Assembly: GCA_963798845.1 (NCBI GenBank)
Contig: CAWCUS010000006.1
Span: forward strand, 256,001 to 320,000
Reading direction: 5' to 3'
Length of the DNA: 64,000 nt
Source: an uncultured Gemmatimonadales bacterium
GTDB lineage: Bacteria; Gemmatimonadota; Gemmatimonadetes; Longimicrobiales; RSA9
Made by a program: the position numbers and the translations under genes. Each line of letters begins with the position of its first letter. Position 1 is the stretch's first letter. Below are positions 62,457-64,000 of the stretch, piece after piece. The notes beneath the pieces were generated by a model, which worked only from the letters and a program-made list of their open reading frames with translations, made no database searches and had not been told where the DNA came from.

Positions 62457-64000
62457 ATGCACTGGATCGACTGGCTCATTGTCGCCGGCTACCTCGGCTA
62501 CGTCCTCTGGGACGGGCTCCGCCGCGCTCGCGGAACCGACGAGATCGAGGGCTACTTTCTCGCCAACCGCAGCCTCCCCTGGTGGGCGGTCGGGCTCAGC
62601 GTCATGGCCACGCAGCTCTCCGCCATCACCCTCGTGGGTACCACGGGGCAGGGGGCCACGGACGGGATGCGCTTCGTTCAGTTCTACTTCGGACTGCCGC
62701 TGGCCATGCTCATCCTGTCCTTCACGCTCGTCCCGTTCTTCCACCGCGCGAAGGTCTTCACGGCCTACGAGTATCTCGAAAAACGCTTCGACGGCCGCAC
62801 CCGCACGCTCACCAGCGCCCTCTTCCTCCTCTCCCGCGGGATGTCGGTCGGCGTGATCATCTCTGCCCCGGCGGTCATCCTCTCCTCCACGCTCGGCCTC
62901 GGACTGCCCCTGGCGGTGGTCGTCATCGGCGCGCCGGCCGTCCTCTACACCGTGTTCGGCGGCGTCCAGGCAGTCACATGGGTGGACGTGAAGCAGATGG
63001 TCCTCATCGTCTTCGGCCTCGGCGCCCTCCTCGTCGTCCTCTTCCTCGGCCTCCCCGGCGACGTCGGCGTCGGCAGCGCACTCCGCCTCGCCGGCACCAC
63101 GGGCAGGCTGCGCACCTTCGATTTCAGCTTCGACCTGCACGAAACCTACACGTTCTGGTCGGGGCTCATCGGCGGCACGTTCCTCATGCTCTCGTATTTC
63201 GGGACCGACCAGAGTCAGGTCCAGCGCTACCTCGCCGCCCGCTCGGTCGACGAGGCGCGCAGCTCCCTCCTCATGAGCGCCTACTGGAAGATCCCGCTCC
63301 AGGCCCTCGTCCTCCTGGTGGGCGTGATGGTGTTCGTTTTCTACCTTTTCAACCAGCCGCCACTCCTCTTCAACTCCGACCACGACGCCCGCGTCCGCGA
63401 AGCCGCCAGGTCCGAATACACGCAGCTCCAGCAGAGCTATGCAGACGCGTTCTCCCGCCGCCGCGACGCCGCCCTCGGCTTCGCCCGCGCCCGCGACGCC
63501 GGTCAGCCCAATGTCGCCCGCGCCGCCGCCACGGAGTTCCGCGACGACAACGGCCGGCTCCAGGAGATCCGCGCCGACGCGCTGAGCCTCGCCGAGCGCA
63601 CCACCGGCGAGAACCCCCGCGACGTGAACTACATCATCCCCGCATTCGTGCTCGGCGAGCTCCCGCCGGTCATCCCGGGCCTGTTCATCGCCGCCGTCCT
63701 GGCCGCGGCAATGTCCTCCATCGCCGCGGAGCTGAACTCCCTCTCCACCGCTACGGTCATCGACTTCTACAGGCGACTCGTCCGCACGTCCGCCTCGGAC
63801 GCCCATTACCTCGCCGTCTCGAAGCTCGCCACTGGAGTCTGGGGCGCCTTCGCCTGCGTCGTCGCGGTCTACGCCGTCGCCCTCGGGTCGCTCATCGAGG
63901 TGGTCAACCGCTTCGGATCGTTCTTCTACGGGTCCATCCTCGGAGTCTTCGTCCTCGCGCTGATCCCGCGCGCCCGCGCCCGGGGCGCCTTCATCGGCCT
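62457..64000 (+). CDS. Sodium:solute symporter (SSS), runs off the right window edge
   Basis: Absent from the ORF track. Manual translation gives MHWIDWLIV...[24 protein letters not shown]..., with [17 protein letters not shown] and AAAMSS. Confidence 0.93.
   Translation, partial: MHWIDWLIVAGYLGYVLWDGLRRARGTDEIEGYFLANRSLPWWAVGLSVMATQLSAITLVGTTGQGATDGMRFVQFYFGLPLAMLILSFTLVPFFHRAKVFTAYEYLEKRFDGRTRTLTSALFLLSRGMSVGVIISAPAVILSSTLGLGLPLAVVVIGAPAVLYTVFGGVQAVTWVDVKQMVLIVFGLGALLVVLFLGLPGDVGVGSALRLAGTTGRLRTFDFSFDLHETYTFWSGLIGGTFLMLSYFGTDQSQVQRYLAARSVDEARSSLLMSAYWKIPLQALVLLVGVMVFVFYLFNQPPLLFNSDHDARVREAARSEYTQLQQSYADAFSRRRDAALGFARARDAGQPNVARAAATEFRDDNGRLQEIRADALSLAERTTGENPRDVNYIIPAFVLGELPPVIPGLFIAAVLAAAMSSIAAELNSLSTATVIDFYRRLVRTSASDAHYLAVSKLATGVWGAFACVVAVYAVALGSLIEVVNRFGSFFYGSILGVFVLALIPRARARGAFIG

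Noticed and set aside
174..63806. Many long overlapping or antisense ORFs (e.g. 174..1373, 7172..8695, 9097..11136, 14640..16928, 19289..22135, 46184..49699, 62367..63806)
   Set aside because: They are shadows of well-supported genes in GC-rich DNA with few stop codons. They are Arg/Pro/Gly-rich or mirror the codon pattern of the real gene, and show no motifs.
1..64000. tRNA, rRNA, IS, integrase or prophage genes
   Set aside because: I saw no cloverleaf or T-loop signatures, rRNA-like tracts, or transposase or integrase motifs. A small ncRNA could still be missed by eye.

Overview
This is a very GC-rich, densely coding bacterial chromosome segment with about 55 genes. The gene mix (SusC/SusD pair, VPS10-type hydrolase, Alternative Complex III, PIG-L/SSS cluster) suggests Gemmatimonadota, which is an inference only. 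I found no rRNA, tRNA, CRISPR array or mobile element. Blocks in order: (1) M20 peptidase, PLP desulfhydrase/deaminase, a frameshifted MFS transporter and a TrmJ-type methylase; (2) an actABCDEF Alternative Complex III operon; (3) a plug-only lipoprotein and a stand-alone SusC/SusD pair; (4) an eight-gene gas-vesicle-family operon with no gvpN/C/O, running straight into a soluble double-PAS histidine kinase, preceded by a sigma54-like motif and divergent from a lipoprotein + HAMP kinase + CxxC flavoprotein operon; (5) a lytic transglycosylase and an AbrB-like protein; (6) a long minus-strand run of NtrY/NtrX-like two-component genes, an Omp85-like protein, DUF4390, DUF255/YyaL, luxE-like and luxC-like; (7) a GspE/PilB ATPase, ABC exporter, metalloenzyme, VPS10 hydrolase and NfuA; (8) a nucleotidyltransferase-metallophosphoesterase pair; (9) FxsA, DUF362, a fused aconitase-family enzyme, MOSC and NTF2-like proteins, and a PIG-L/small membrane protein/SSS cluster. 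The best candidate for an undescribed system is the Gvp-plus-kinase module. Two regulatory patterns also stand out: four sigma54-like motifs, and six genes with a TANNNT hexamer 6-7 nt before the ATG (leaderless-type). All product calls come from motif recognition by eye, with no database search.
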